Origin: Eubacteriales bacterium
GTDB lineage: Bacteria; Bacillota; Clostridia; Oscillospirales; CAG-272
NCBI GenBank assembly: GCA_045586105.1
Contig: JAZMZS010000135.1
Coordinates: forward strand, 1 to 38,446
Reading direction: 5' to 3'
DNA length: 38,446 nucleotides
Part shown: in pieces, positions 16,231 through 24,216 of the stretch
Layout: each line of letters opens with the position of its first letter
Position numbering within the stretch: position 1 is the first letter of the stretch
The notes under the pieces: generated by a model
Told to the model about the DNA's origin: nothing
Database searches by the model: none
Seen by the model: only the letters and a program-made list of their open reading frames with translations
Program-made: the position numbers and the translations under genes

Positions 16231-16755
16231 TCAATTCGGTATACAAAGCTCGGAGATTATCCTTTTGACATTATCACACACGGATGCCGTTCCGTCAAGG
16301 CGTAGTACTTTGCAGCAGAGTGCATCCACCCACGCGTCTATACGGTCCGGCGTTTTATTGCGTGCGTGCTCATAAAAGCGTTCTTCCCGCTCGTACATAT
16401 CTCCGCCGGGCAATACCCTGCCGCCGAATCTATCTGCTGATCTCTGTTTTATTCTTTCCATCCTGATATCTAACGGAGCATCGAGATATACCACAAGCGA
16501 GTAATACGAGTTGATCTCTGCATTCATGTCCCCGTTAACTGCAGAAAATACAAAGCGCGGATGACGCTTTATATCTTCAAGAAGCAATTGCTCGGCCTCT
16601 GTCCGTGTTCTTGCAGAAGCATACGGATCATCGGAAGGTTTAAAATAATAATCTTCCACATCCATATGCTTATAGCCGATTTCCTTTGCAAGAGCGTCAG
16701 CAAGCGTCGTTTTTCCGCTTCCGTTCAGTCCGCAAATACATATGCCGTATCCCAT
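16231..16755 (-). CDS. P-loop NTPase, NMP-kinase-like small ATPase/kinase
   Basis: 174 aa. Walker A CGLNGSGKTTLADALA sits at the extreme N-terminus. Size and layout resemble nucleotide or small-molecule kinases. RBS GAAGGTGA. Its start lies 4 nt after the PHP stop. Confidence 0.75.
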   Translation of the reverse strand: MGYGICICGLNGSGKTTLADALAKEIGYKHMDVEDYYFKPSDDPYASARTRTEAEQLLLEDIKRHPRFVFSAVNGDMNAEINSYYSLVVYLDAPLDIRMERIKQRSADRFGGRVLPGGDMYEREERFYEHARNKTPDRIDAWVDALCCKVLRLDGTASVCDNVKRIISELCIPN

Positions 16756-16759
16756 ACCG

Positions 16760-17605
16760 TCACCTTCCCGCTCTTTCCTTCAAGGCGGCGTACACCTCGT
16801 AGGGGGTATAGAAGCCGTCTGTGGAGGAGAGGGATATCTCCGGCTTTCTGGTGCCGTGCCAATCACTGCCGCCGCTCTCGAGTATTCCGTGGCGGTGTGC
16901 CGTTTCACGGGCAAGAGCATGTGTCTTTGGCGAATACTTAGAGTAGTAGGTCTCCATTCCGTCGAGACCTGCTTTTTTTGCTTTCGGCAAAAAAAGCTCC
17001 AGTTGCTCCGGGGTAAGGCTGAGATAGGGGTGCGCGATAACTGCCGCACCGCCGAGGCTCTTGACGAGCGCTACCGTCTTTATCGCGTCGGGGCGCACGG
17101 GCGGGATATAAAACCCGCGTTTGGGCGAGAGAAGATCCGCAAAAGCCTCGGGAACGCTCGTCACCACACCGTGTGCCATCAGCGACTCGGCTATATGTGC
17201 ACGGTTGACGTTGCCGTGCTCCGAGCGGGCGTATATTTCTTCTATGCTGTCTATCGGGTATCCTGCTTTTTTGAGCGAAGCAACGAGCCTTAAGTTGCTT
17301 TCGTACTTGCTTTTGGCAAGCTCGGCGCAATGAGCACCTACCGCTTCTCTGTGATCCTCCCCGAGGAAAAGTCCGAGCATATGCACTTCACTTCCCTCGT
17401 ATTCGCAGGTAAGCTCCACGCCGCCGATAGTCTCTATTCCGAGCTCCTCTCCCGCGCGCAGAAATTCCCCGATGCCGTCCACGGTGTTATGGTCGGTGAG
17501 GGCGATCGCGCCGATGCCGTTTTTTTTCGCCTCTGCGGCAAGCTCACGCGGGGTGCAGGTGCCGTCGGAGAAGTTCGAGTGCGTATGAAGATCACATATC
17601 CTCAT
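16760..17605 (-). CDS. PHP-domain metal-dependent phosphoesterase (TrpH/YciV-like)
   Basis: MRICDLHTHSNFSDGTCTPRELAAEAKKNGIGAIALTDHNTVDG, later AHP and GGSDWHG. I prefer the ATG at 17605 over the ORF-track start at 17662. It lies 2 nt after the upstream TIM-barrel stop codon. Confidence 0.85.
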   Translation of the reverse strand: MRICDLHTHSNFSDGTCTPRELAAEAKKNGIGAIALTDHNTVDGIGEFLRAGEELGIETIGGVELTCEYEGSEVHMLGLFLGEDHREAVGAHCAELAKSKYESNLRLVASLKKAGYPIDSIEEIYARSEHGNVNRAHIAESLMAHGVVTSVPEAFADLLSPKRGFYIPPVRPDAIKTVALVKSLGGAAVIAHPYLSLTPEQLELFLPKAKKAGLDGMETYYSKYSPKTHALARETAHRHGILESGGSDWHGTRKPEISLSSTDGFYTPYEVYAALKERAGR

Positions 17606-17607
17606 TT

Positions 17608-18477
17608 TCAAAATTCCCCGAACATATCCGACAGGCGCTTTACTGCGGCTGCAAGATCGCAAATTCCGTCGTACATATTTTCAGCCGTCCTGTCCTTGAG
17701 GTAATTATCCGCTTCAAGGGTAAGGTAGCCGCGGTAATTATTCCTTCTCAGCGCATCTATCACAGCACCGAAGTCGATATCCATAGAAAACGGTATCTGG
17801 TGAGAATCGTGCAGCTTGTCGTTGTCGTGGATATGAAGAGCCTTTAGCCTGTGCCCGAGTGCGTCTATAAGCTCGGGGGCAGAGGTGTCAAGCCCTCTCA
17901 TCTCCGCGTGTCCTATATCGAGGCAGGCAACGAGGTATTCGTCATTCACCGCATCAAGATGTGCTACGAAGTTGTCGGGGCGTGAGCATGCGGCGGGAAC
18001 GGCGTGCCCCTCCTCGCGGTTCCAGTTCCACATATTCTCGGTAGCTATCTTTACTCCGTGCTCACGTGCAAACGGAAGCAGGGAGTAAAAGAACTCCGCG
18101 TTCTCCTCGGGTGTTCCGTTGTTTGCGGGGTGAACGATGCAGTACTCCGCACCGACCTCGGCTGAGCATTCTATCGCGCGTTTGAGATAGTCGCGCACGC
18201 ATCCGACGCTCGTAGGAAAGGGAGCGTGGGTCTGGTTGCATATTATCCCGTTGTCATCCGCAACGCGGCGAAGCCTGCGGACGTAGCTAAGATGATCCTT
18301 GCCGGCAAACGGGTGGTCGGTCGGCTTGAGAGCGCCCGTCGCCTTGTCGTACTTTGCCATTTCAAACATTGAAAGGTCGTAAGCGTCAAAGCCTGCGCGT
18401 GCGATATACTCTATAGTTCTCTCCTCACCGATCAGCTTGGAGGCGATCTCGGTCTGAGTGGATACTTTCAGCTTCAT
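17608..18477 (-). CDS. Sugar phosphate isomerase/epimerase (xylose-isomerase-like TIM barrel), copy 1
   Basis: 289 aa. Typical AP_endonuc_2-type pattern: FDAYDL..., HAPF, AEYCIVHP, KIATENM, ACLDIGHA, LHIHDN, YLTLE. Confidence 0.82.
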   Translation of the reverse strand: MKLKVSTQTEIASKLIGEERTIEYIARAGFDAYDLSMFEMAKYDKATGALKPTDHPFAGKDHLSYVRRLRRVADDNGIICNQTHAPFPTSVGCVRDYLKRAIECSAEVGAEYCIVHPANNGTPEENAEFFYSLLPFAREHGVKIATENMWNWNREEGHAVPAACSRPDNFVAHLDAVNDEYLVACLDIGHAEMRGLDTSAPELIDALGHRLKALHIHDNDKLHDSHQIPFSMDIDFGAVIDALRRNNYRGYLTLEADNYLKDRTAENMYDGICDLAAAVKRLSDMFGEF

Positions 18478-18499
18478 GGTTTTATCTCCTTATTCTGAG

Positions 18500-18527
18500 T
18501 ACCCCTCGGCAATATTGCCGAGGGGTA
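18500..18527. repeat. Perfect 28-bp palindrome (intercistronic stem-loop) between the unknown-family gene and TIM-barrel copy 1
   Basis: TACCCCTCGGCAAT|ATTGCCGAGGGGTA is exactly self-complementary. On the transcribed (minus) strand it is followed by ACTCAGAATAAGGAGAT (the next gene's RBS), not by a U-tract. Confidence 0.9.
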
Positions 18528-18535
18528 TGGTGTTA

Positions 18536-20407
18536 TTATTTTCCCGTATAGCCTGCGTCAAAGCAAGCAGTATCCATATTGCGCATGATCTCCATTCTGA
18601 AGGCACACGGCCATGCAACGAGCCACTGAGTAGGCGTAAAGAAGTCTCCGCCCGCGCGCATTCTCTCCCAGCGGCAATGGCAGATAGCCTCGTCCTGGCT
18701 TCCCGCAACGCGCGTTCTGCCGTTGATAACGAGGGTACCGTCAGAGATGAGCTGAGTTGCGTTTGCCCAAAAGGCACACGCACGGTCGAACCAGATCTTC
18801 TCTCCCGTAGCCTCCGAAAGCTTGACGAAGGACACTACGTCGTGAAGCGCATAGTGGTCAAGTCCGTTGTGCATCGTGGATACGCCCGTCGAGCCGAAGG
18901 TATCGAAGCCGATCTTGCCAAGGGTGCAAGTATCGTCGTAGATGCAGGAATAATGCCACTGCCAGGAGGATATGTAATAAGCGAGATTACGCGCCATATC
19001 GACGTATTCGCGCTTGCCCGTGACCTCGTAGAGTGCCATACACGCACCGAGCATGGGGGAAGCGGATTCCTTGTCTATCGAGTAGGTGTCAAGCGCACCC
19101 GCGGTGGTATATCCGTCACGGTCAAAGTCGCCGTAATAGAAGCCCATCGCGCGCTCCGCGCTCTCAAGATATTTTGCCTCTCCCGTGCGCTCGTATGCCT
19201 TAAGAAGCGGAGGAACGAGGAAGCATCCGACCGAGCCTGCCTTGGTCAGCAGCGAGCCGTCGGGCTTCCAGCTCTTGGCAAAGCAGCCGTCCGCATCCTG
19301 GTGTGCTACGGCAAAGTCGCATATTCCCATAGCGGCGTCGATACAGTCGGGGCGGTCTATACCGCACTTCGATAGAAGCTCGTAGGTCTCGAAGAAGTGA
19401 AGCGCTCCCGTGCCGAGGTTGCAGGCGTCGAGCTCGTCGTTTACCTTCTGTGCGGGGTCGGGCATGGTATTTGTACGAACGTACATAAGTCCGTTATCGA
19501 GGCGGCAATGTCCGAGCCACGAGTCTATGACCTTGAGCGCCTTGCTCTTGGCGTCTCGGTCTCCCGTCTCAAGGTGGTATTTGAGCAGGGCGTTGGCAAG
19601 AGAGATATTCTGTCCGCACCAGCCAAGCTCGTACTTGGTAGCAAACCAGCGCTTGACGTACTGCGTCTCCTGCGCCTTCCATTCAAGTCCTATAGAAAAG
19701 CCGCAGAAGCCGTCGGGCTCCTCGGTATAGAGGGTCTTTGCGTAGGTGATACCGAGCTTCCAGAGCTTTTTTGAATCAAAGAGGGAGGGGATGGGATGTG
19801 CGTAATACTCCCACGCAAAGTCGTAGAGCGCGTGCCAAGAATGGCGGGGCTTGGTCAAGGGAGCTGTGAAAATCACCGCAAAAAACTCGGTGCGGGGCTC
19901 CATCGTGAAGTAGTGCGCCTCCTTCATCCTCTGCTTGCAAAGTGCATAAGGAGACTCCTCCTCGGGCCAGATGAGGCTGTGGCGCATTCCCTCCTCGGTC
20001 GGATACTGAGAGAAGGACATTGCGATATCAAAGCCGCGGTCTGCCATCAGCGCCGCAGTGTACTTATCGCATTCGGAATACGAGCATGCGGGGATAGAAG
20101 TGCGGGAATAGGAATATATCCACGGCTTGCCCTCGCACTCGTAGCCCGAGTATTCAACACCCTTTCCCCAGCCGTTGCCGTTGTAGTTGAGGGCGGCTAT
20201 CTGGGTGTAGTTCACCTTTTGAAGTACGGTAAAGGACATATTCATTCTGTCCGTGGGAGTGTCGGTCACTCTCTTCCACGCGTATATTCCGTCCGCTATC
20301 ATCTCAAAGCTGTCTTGGGCACCCTCGCACGCTTCTACGCGCAGAAGGGGCGTTTCGTCTGCATAAAGAATATGCGAGCCGTCAGAGTATATTATCTTAC
20401 TTTCCAT
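18536..20407 (-). CDS. Cytoplasmic protein of unassigned family (N-terminal beta-rich region + C-terminal helical-repeat, alpha/alpha-toroid-like region); paralog of 26401-28377
   Basis: 623 aa with no signal peptide. RBS GGAGG lies upstream of the ATG at 20407. It shares collinear conserved blocks with the 26401 protein: WIYSYSRTSIPACSYSECD, ELGWCGQ, GIDRP, TAGALDTYSIDKES, YYISSWQWHY, GVSTMHNGLDHY, QDEAICHCRWER. Confidence 0.8.
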   Translation of the reverse strand: MESKIIYSDGSHILYADETPLLRVEACEGAQDSFEMIADGIYAWKRVTDTPTDRMNMSFTVLQKVNYTQIAALNYNGNGWGKGVEYSGYECEGKPWIYSYSRTSIPACSYSECDKYTAALMADRGFDIAMSFSQYPTEEGMRHSLIWPEEESPYALCKQRMKEAHYFTMEPRTEFFAVIFTAPLTKPRHSWHALYDFAWEYYAHPIPSLFDSKKLWKLGITYAKTLYTEEPDGFCGFSIGLEWKAQETQYVKRWFATKYELGWCGQNISLANALLKYHLETGDRDAKSKALKVIDSWLGHCRLDNGLMYVRTNTMPDPAQKVNDELDACNLGTGALHFFETYELLSKCGIDRPDCIDAAMGICDFAVAHQDADGCFAKSWKPDGSLLTKAGSVGCFLVPPLLKAYERTGEAKYLESAERAMGFYYGDFDRDGYTTAGALDTYSIDKESASPMLGACMALYEVTGKREYVDMARNLAYYISSWQWHYSCIYDDTCTLGKIGFDTFGSTGVSTMHNGLDHYALHDVVSFVKLSEATGEKIWFDRACAFWANATQLISDGTLVINGRTRVAGSQDEAICHCRWERMRAGGDFFTPTQWLVAWPCAFRMEIMRNMDTACFDAGYTGK

Positions 20408-20443
20408 ATTGACCTCCGAATTATAAAGTCGGTTTTTTATTTT

Positions 20444-20472
20444 AGTGTATCAAAGCCGAAAAATGAAATCAA
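20444..20472 (-). promoter_or_regulatory. Candidate promoter for the 20407-16231 minus-strand operon
   Basis: On the minus strand: TTGATT (20472-20467), a 17-nt spacer, then TACACT (20449-20444). It lies about 35 nt upstream of the ATG. Confidence 0.35.
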
Positions 20473-20605
20473 GCGATGCGCTCCAAAGACGAACATTATG
20501 CTAAATAATACAAACAAAACGTGGTTGCCCGCCTCATGCGCGTTTGCATAATACACCCGATGGTGTTGGTGCTCAGACCGAAGAGCACGCCCCGTGTATC
20601 GACTG

Positions 20606-21436
20606 TTATTTCCCGTGCTTTTTTTCCTCGGTAGGGGTATTTCCGTAATACTTTACGTACGCTCGGTAAAAGGTGGAGTAATCTCCGTATCCGCTCTCTT
20701 CAAACGCCTCAAGCGCCCCTGCGCCCGAGCGTAGCAGCTCCCTTGCGTATGACAGGCGCTTGGCGGTTATGTATTCTCCGGGAGAGGCTCCTGTTGCCCC
20801 CTTGAATATTCGGCAGAACTGCGACGGGCTCAGATAAAAGTGAGCGGCAAGCGCGGGAGTCGTCAGCCGTTGCTTCAGATGGTCATTTACGTACGCGACC
20901 ATCTCCTTCTCCCGGCTTGACGGCGGTAAGTCGGTCGTTCCCCTCGCTTCGTACGCGTCGCACAAAGCACCGAGAAGACAGATCAGGTTCGTCGTGATCT
21001 TAAGCTCCCGCCCATAGGCATCCCTCTCCGAATCGCACATCTCCTCAAACAGCCTGCGGATATGATGGTCTCCAAGCTCGGAGGAGGTGTAGACGTTGTC
21101 CTGTCCGAGCGAGCGCTCGGTGAAGGGCGCAAGAAGTCTGAGCTCGGGGTCGAAGCGCTCGACCAGCGATGCGGGAAAGTTGATATTGAATCTTTCGTAC
21201 GGGGTCGCTTCCAGAATCTTCGGCTTGTGTGACTCACTCGGACGGATGACGAGAATGCAGCCCGGGTAGAGCGCGTAGCTCGAGCCCTCAACGAGGTAGT
21301 TTACCTTTCCCTTGATAAACAGATATATTTCGTAGCTCCGATGAACGTGCATCGGAAAAGCGGCATCCTGCGGAACGTCGTCTATCGCGTGCTTGACGTA
21401 TATTCCGTTTTTTTTGTATTCGTTTAGCATATTCAT
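20606..21436 (-). CDS. AraC/XylS family transcriptional regulator (cupin + HTH)
   Basis: 276 aa. Cupin half: FPMHVHRSYEIYLFIKGKVNYLVEGSSYALYPGCILVIRPSESH. HTH half: LAAHFYLSPSQFCRIFKGATGASPGEYITAKRLSYARELL...GYGDYSTFYRAYVKYYGNTP. Confidence 0.88.
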   Translation of the reverse strand: MNMLNEYKKNGIYVKHAIDDVPQDAAFPMHVHRSYEIYLFIKGKVNYLVEGSSYALYPGCILVIRPSESHKPKILEATPYERFNINFPASLVERFDPELRLLAPFTERSLGQDNVYTSSELGDHHIRRLFEEMCDSERDAYGRELKITTNLICLLGALCDAYEARGTTDLPPSSREKEMVAYVNDHLKQRLTTPALAAHFYLSPSQFCRIFKGATGASPGEYITAKRLSYARELLRSGAGALEAFEESGYGDYSTFYRAYVKYYGNTPTEEKKHGK

Positions 21437-21452
21437 ACTTCAATTATAATCG

Positions 21453-21464
21453 TTCGTGCACGAA
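21453..21464. promoter_or_regulatory. 12-bp perfect palindrome in the divergent AraC/operon control region (candidate operator)
   Basis: TTCGTGCACGAA is self-complementary. It lies 17 nt upstream of the AraC start codon. A flanking inverted repeat GAAAACGCA (21462-21470) / TGCGTTTTT (21500-21508) brackets the -35 element of the plus-strand promoter. Confidence 0.4.
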
Positions 21465-21493
21465 AACGCAATATACTTTGAATAAATTAACAA

Positions 21494-21522
21494 TTGAAAT
21501 GCGTTTTTATTTATTTTATACT
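21494..21522 (+). promoter_or_regulatory. Candidate sigma-A promoter of the TIM-TIM-esterase-oxidoreductase operon
   Basis: TTGAAA (21494-21499), a 17-nt spacer, then TATACT (21517-21522). It lies about 40 nt upstream of the ATG at 21566. Confidence 0.5.
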
Positions 21523-21565
21523 ATTAAGTAGAGAAATTATTTTTTTCAAGCGAAGGAGATACGGT

Positions 21566-22312
21566 ATGAATATTGGTGCACAGATGTACACGGTGCGCGA
21601 GCACTGCAAGACTCTCGAGGATCTTTCCCTCACTCTCAAGAAGCTCGCCGATATAGGCTACAGATACGTTCAGGTCTCGGGAACCTGCTCATACGACGCG
21701 GCTTGGCTTGACGCAGAGCTGAAGAAGAACGGACTTACCTGCGTCATTACGCACACCCCGTCAAAGGAGCTCACCGGAAATACAGACAAGGTAATAGCCG
21801 ATCACGGAATACTCGGATGCAAGTATATCGGCCTTGGATATTACGGATACGAAAACCCCGAGCAAAAGCTCGCATCCTTTCTCAACACCTACACGCCCGT
21901 AGCCGAGAAGATCGCAGAGGCGGGCAAGTACTTTATGTATCACCATCATGCGGCTGAATTCCAGAAGATAAATGGCAAGACCGTGCTCGAGCACATAGCG
22001 GACAGCATCCCCTCCTCGAAGCTCGGATTCACGCTTGACACGTACTGGGTGCAGACGGGAGGAGCAAACCCCTGCGACATGCTTGAGCTTCTCTCGGGAA
22101 GAGTCCCCTGCATACACCTTAAGGACTACGCGTTCGGTCAGAAGATGGCTGTGCTCGGAGAAGGCAACATCAACTTTGACCGCGTGTTCGTAAAGGCTGA
22201 GGAAGCCGGATGCGAATATATGCTCGTAGAGCAGGACGACTGCGGCGGAGAGGATCCGTTCGAGTGTCTTAGCCGCAGCTACGCCTACCTGAAGGCAAGG
22301 GGGCTTGAATAA
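21566..22312 (+). CDS. Sugar phosphate isomerase/epimerase (xylose-isomerase-like TIM barrel), copy 2
   Basis: RBS GAAGGAGA with the ATG at 21566 (MNIGAQMYTVREHCKTLEDL...). Supporting blocks: GYRYVQVSG, FMYHHHAAEF, FTLDTYW, IHLKDY, YMLVEQD. The ORF-track start at 21494 coincides with the -35 box. Confidence 0.83.
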   Translation: MNIGAQMYTVREHCKTLEDLSLTLKKLADIGYRYVQVSGTCSYDAAWLDAELKKNGLTCVITHTPSKELTGNTDKVIADHGILGCKYIGLGYYGYENPEQKLASFLNTYTPVAEKIAEAGKYFMYHHHAAEFQKINGKTVLEHIADSIPSSKLGFTLDTYWVQTGGANPCDMLELLSGRVPCIHLKDYAFGQKMAVLGEGNINFDRVFVKAEEAGCEYMLVEQDDCGGEDPFECLSRSYAYLKARGLE

Positions 22313-23136
22313 TGAGATTCAAGCTTTGTGCTTTTGCAGACGAGGCTGACAGCAGCATTGACAAGCAGATAGAAGCCATGCGCGACAACGGCATAGGTTA
22401 TCTTGAGATACGCGGAGTTGACGGTGAAAACATATCCGAGATTTCAACGGAAAAGGCGAAAGAAGTACGGAGAAAGCTTGACGAAAGCGGTATTTCCGTC
22501 TGGTCGCTCGGATCTCCCTACGGAAAGATCAAGATAACCGACCCTATCGAGCCGCACCTTGACAAATTCAAACGCGGTCTTGAGCTTGCCGATATTCTTG
22601 GGGCAAAAAACATACGCCTTTTCAGTTTCTTCGTACCTAAGGACGAGGCGGAAGCGTACTCAGACGAGGTCATGGACAGAATGAGCAAGCTCGTCTCGGC
22701 GGCAAAGGGAAGCGGCATTCTGCTCTGCCACGAGAACGAAAAGGGTATTTTCGGTGACGTAGCGGACAGATGCGCGCAGATCCACCGGACCTTCCCTGAG
22801 ATCTCGGCGGTCTTCGATCCCGCAAACTTCGTTCAATGCGGACAGGACACCGAAAAGGCCTGGGAGAAGCTCGCGCCTTTCGTAAAATATATGCACATAA
22901 AGGATGCTCTTCCCGACGGCAGCATCGTGCCTGCGGGCAAGGGCATGGGAAATATCCCGTGGCTGCTTGACAGATACGGGGGCGAGATACTTACTCTTGA
23001 GCCTCATCTGTCGGTATTCAAGGGTCTTGATGCTCTCGAGGGCGGCGAAAAAACGAAAATAGACGAATACAAGTACCCCTCTCAAAGAGCGGCGTTCGAT
23101 GCGGCGGTATCGGCGCTGAAGGAAATAATAGAATGA
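22312..23136 (+). CDS. Sugar phosphate isomerase/epimerase (xylose-isomerase-like TIM barrel), copy 3
   Basis: 274 aa. Supporting blocks: GIGYLEIRG, NIRLFSFF, LLCHENEKGIFGD, VFDPANF, MHIKDA, LTLEPHL. Its ATG overlaps the previous stop by 1 nt (TAATG). Confidence 0.83.
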   Translation: MRFKLCAFADEADSSIDKQIEAMRDNGIGYLEIRGVDGENISEISTEKAKEVRRKLDESGISVWSLGSPYGKIKITDPIEPHLDKFKRGLELADILGAKNIRLFSFFVPKDEAEAYSDEVMDRMSKLVSAAKGSGILLCHENEKGIFGDVADRCAQIHRTFPEISAVFDPANFVQCGQDTEKAWEKLAPFVKYMHIKDALPDGSIVPAGKGMGNIPWLLDRYGGEILTLEPHLSVFKGLDALEGGEKTKIDEYKYPSQRAAFDAAVSALKEIIE

Positions 23137-24200
23137 TAAATGACGAGCTGAAAAAGAGAGATCTCCCTCCGCTGAAGCGCCGTGAGGAAATGGCAGATAT
23201 ACTGCAGAAAAATGTATACGGATATTTGCCGAGGACGGAGTATTCGCTCACCTGCTCCGAGCCGAGATATATCGAACGAAGATACGCCTGCGGAAACGTC
23301 GCGTATTCGATAACGGAGCTTACCGTAACGGTAAAGAACGAGAGCCGTACCTTCAAGGTAGACAGGCTCCTTCACTGCGATGGCAAAAAGCGTCCCTTGG
23401 TGATAAACATAGCTTTTCATCCCCTGAGCAATTCGCAATACTTCCCAATTGAGGAAATGTCGGAATACGATGCGGACTTTCTCTCCTTCTGCTACAAGGA
23501 GGTGACGAGCGATGACGGCAATTTTGATGACGGGCTCGCTCCTCTGCTGACAAGCAAGGATGCACCCTGCGGAAAGCTCGCGATATGGGCGTGGGCGGCG
23601 CAGCGCGTGCTTGACTACGGGCTGACGCTCCCCGGCACGGACAGGAAAAACACCGCGGTCGCGGGACACTCACGCCTCGGCAAGACGGCGCTATTGTGCG
23701 CGATGACCGACGAGAGATTCAAATACGTTCTCTCAAACGCATCGGGATGTATGGGCGCGAGCCTCGCCCACGGAAGCACGGGAGAAGCATCGTCGGAGAA
23801 GGGCGCAGCGCGCCGGGAGAATTACCGCGATATAATAAAGAACTTCCCCTTCTGGTTCTCTCCCGAATTTGCAGATCACGCAACGGAAACCGTATCACCT
23901 CTGTTCGATCAGCATTATCTTGTCGCCGCGATAGCTCCGAGATTCGTGCTCGCAGGCTCGTGCAGCCTCGACGCGTGGGCGGACCCTCAGTCGGAGCAGC
24001 TCTGCTGTGCGGCGGCAAGCCCCGCGTGGGAGATGCTCGGAGAGGACGGCTTTATATGCGATCGGCTCGCTTCTCCCGGTGAGGCATTCTTATCCGGACG
24101 GGTCGGTTACTTCATGATAGAGTCGAAGCACTTTATGTCCCGCCACAGCTGGCGGCACCTCATGGATTTTATAGCTCTGCACAAAAATGAAAAAATATAA
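23133..24200 (+). CDS. Alpha/beta hydrolase resembling CE15 glucuronoyl esterase, no signal peptide
   Basis: 355 aa. VAGHSRLGKTAL resembles the CE15 nucleophile motif G-C-S-R-x-G-K (Ser codon 23670-23672). Later blocks: SLDAWADPQSE, and a late histidine context (IESKHFMSRHSW). ATGA overlap with the upstream gene. Confidence 0.6.
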   Translation: MINDELKKRDLPPLKRREEMADILQKNVYGYLPRTEYSLTCSEPRYIERRYACGNVAYSITELTVTVKNESRTFKVDRLLHCDGKKRPLVINIAFHPLSNSQYFPIEEMSEYDADFLSFCYKEVTSDDGNFDDGLAPLLTSKDAPCGKLAIWAWAAQRVLDYGLTLPGTDRKNTAVAGHSRLGKTALLCAMTDERFKYVLSNASGCMGASLAHGSTGEASSEKGAARRENYRDIIKNFPFWFSPEFADHATETVSPLFDQHYLVAAIAPRFVLAGSCSLDAWADPQSEQLCCAAASPAWEMLGEDGFICDRLASPGEAFLSGRVGYFMIESKHFMSRHSWRHLMDFIALHKNEKI

Positions 24201-24216
24201 TCAAGGAGATAAAAAA

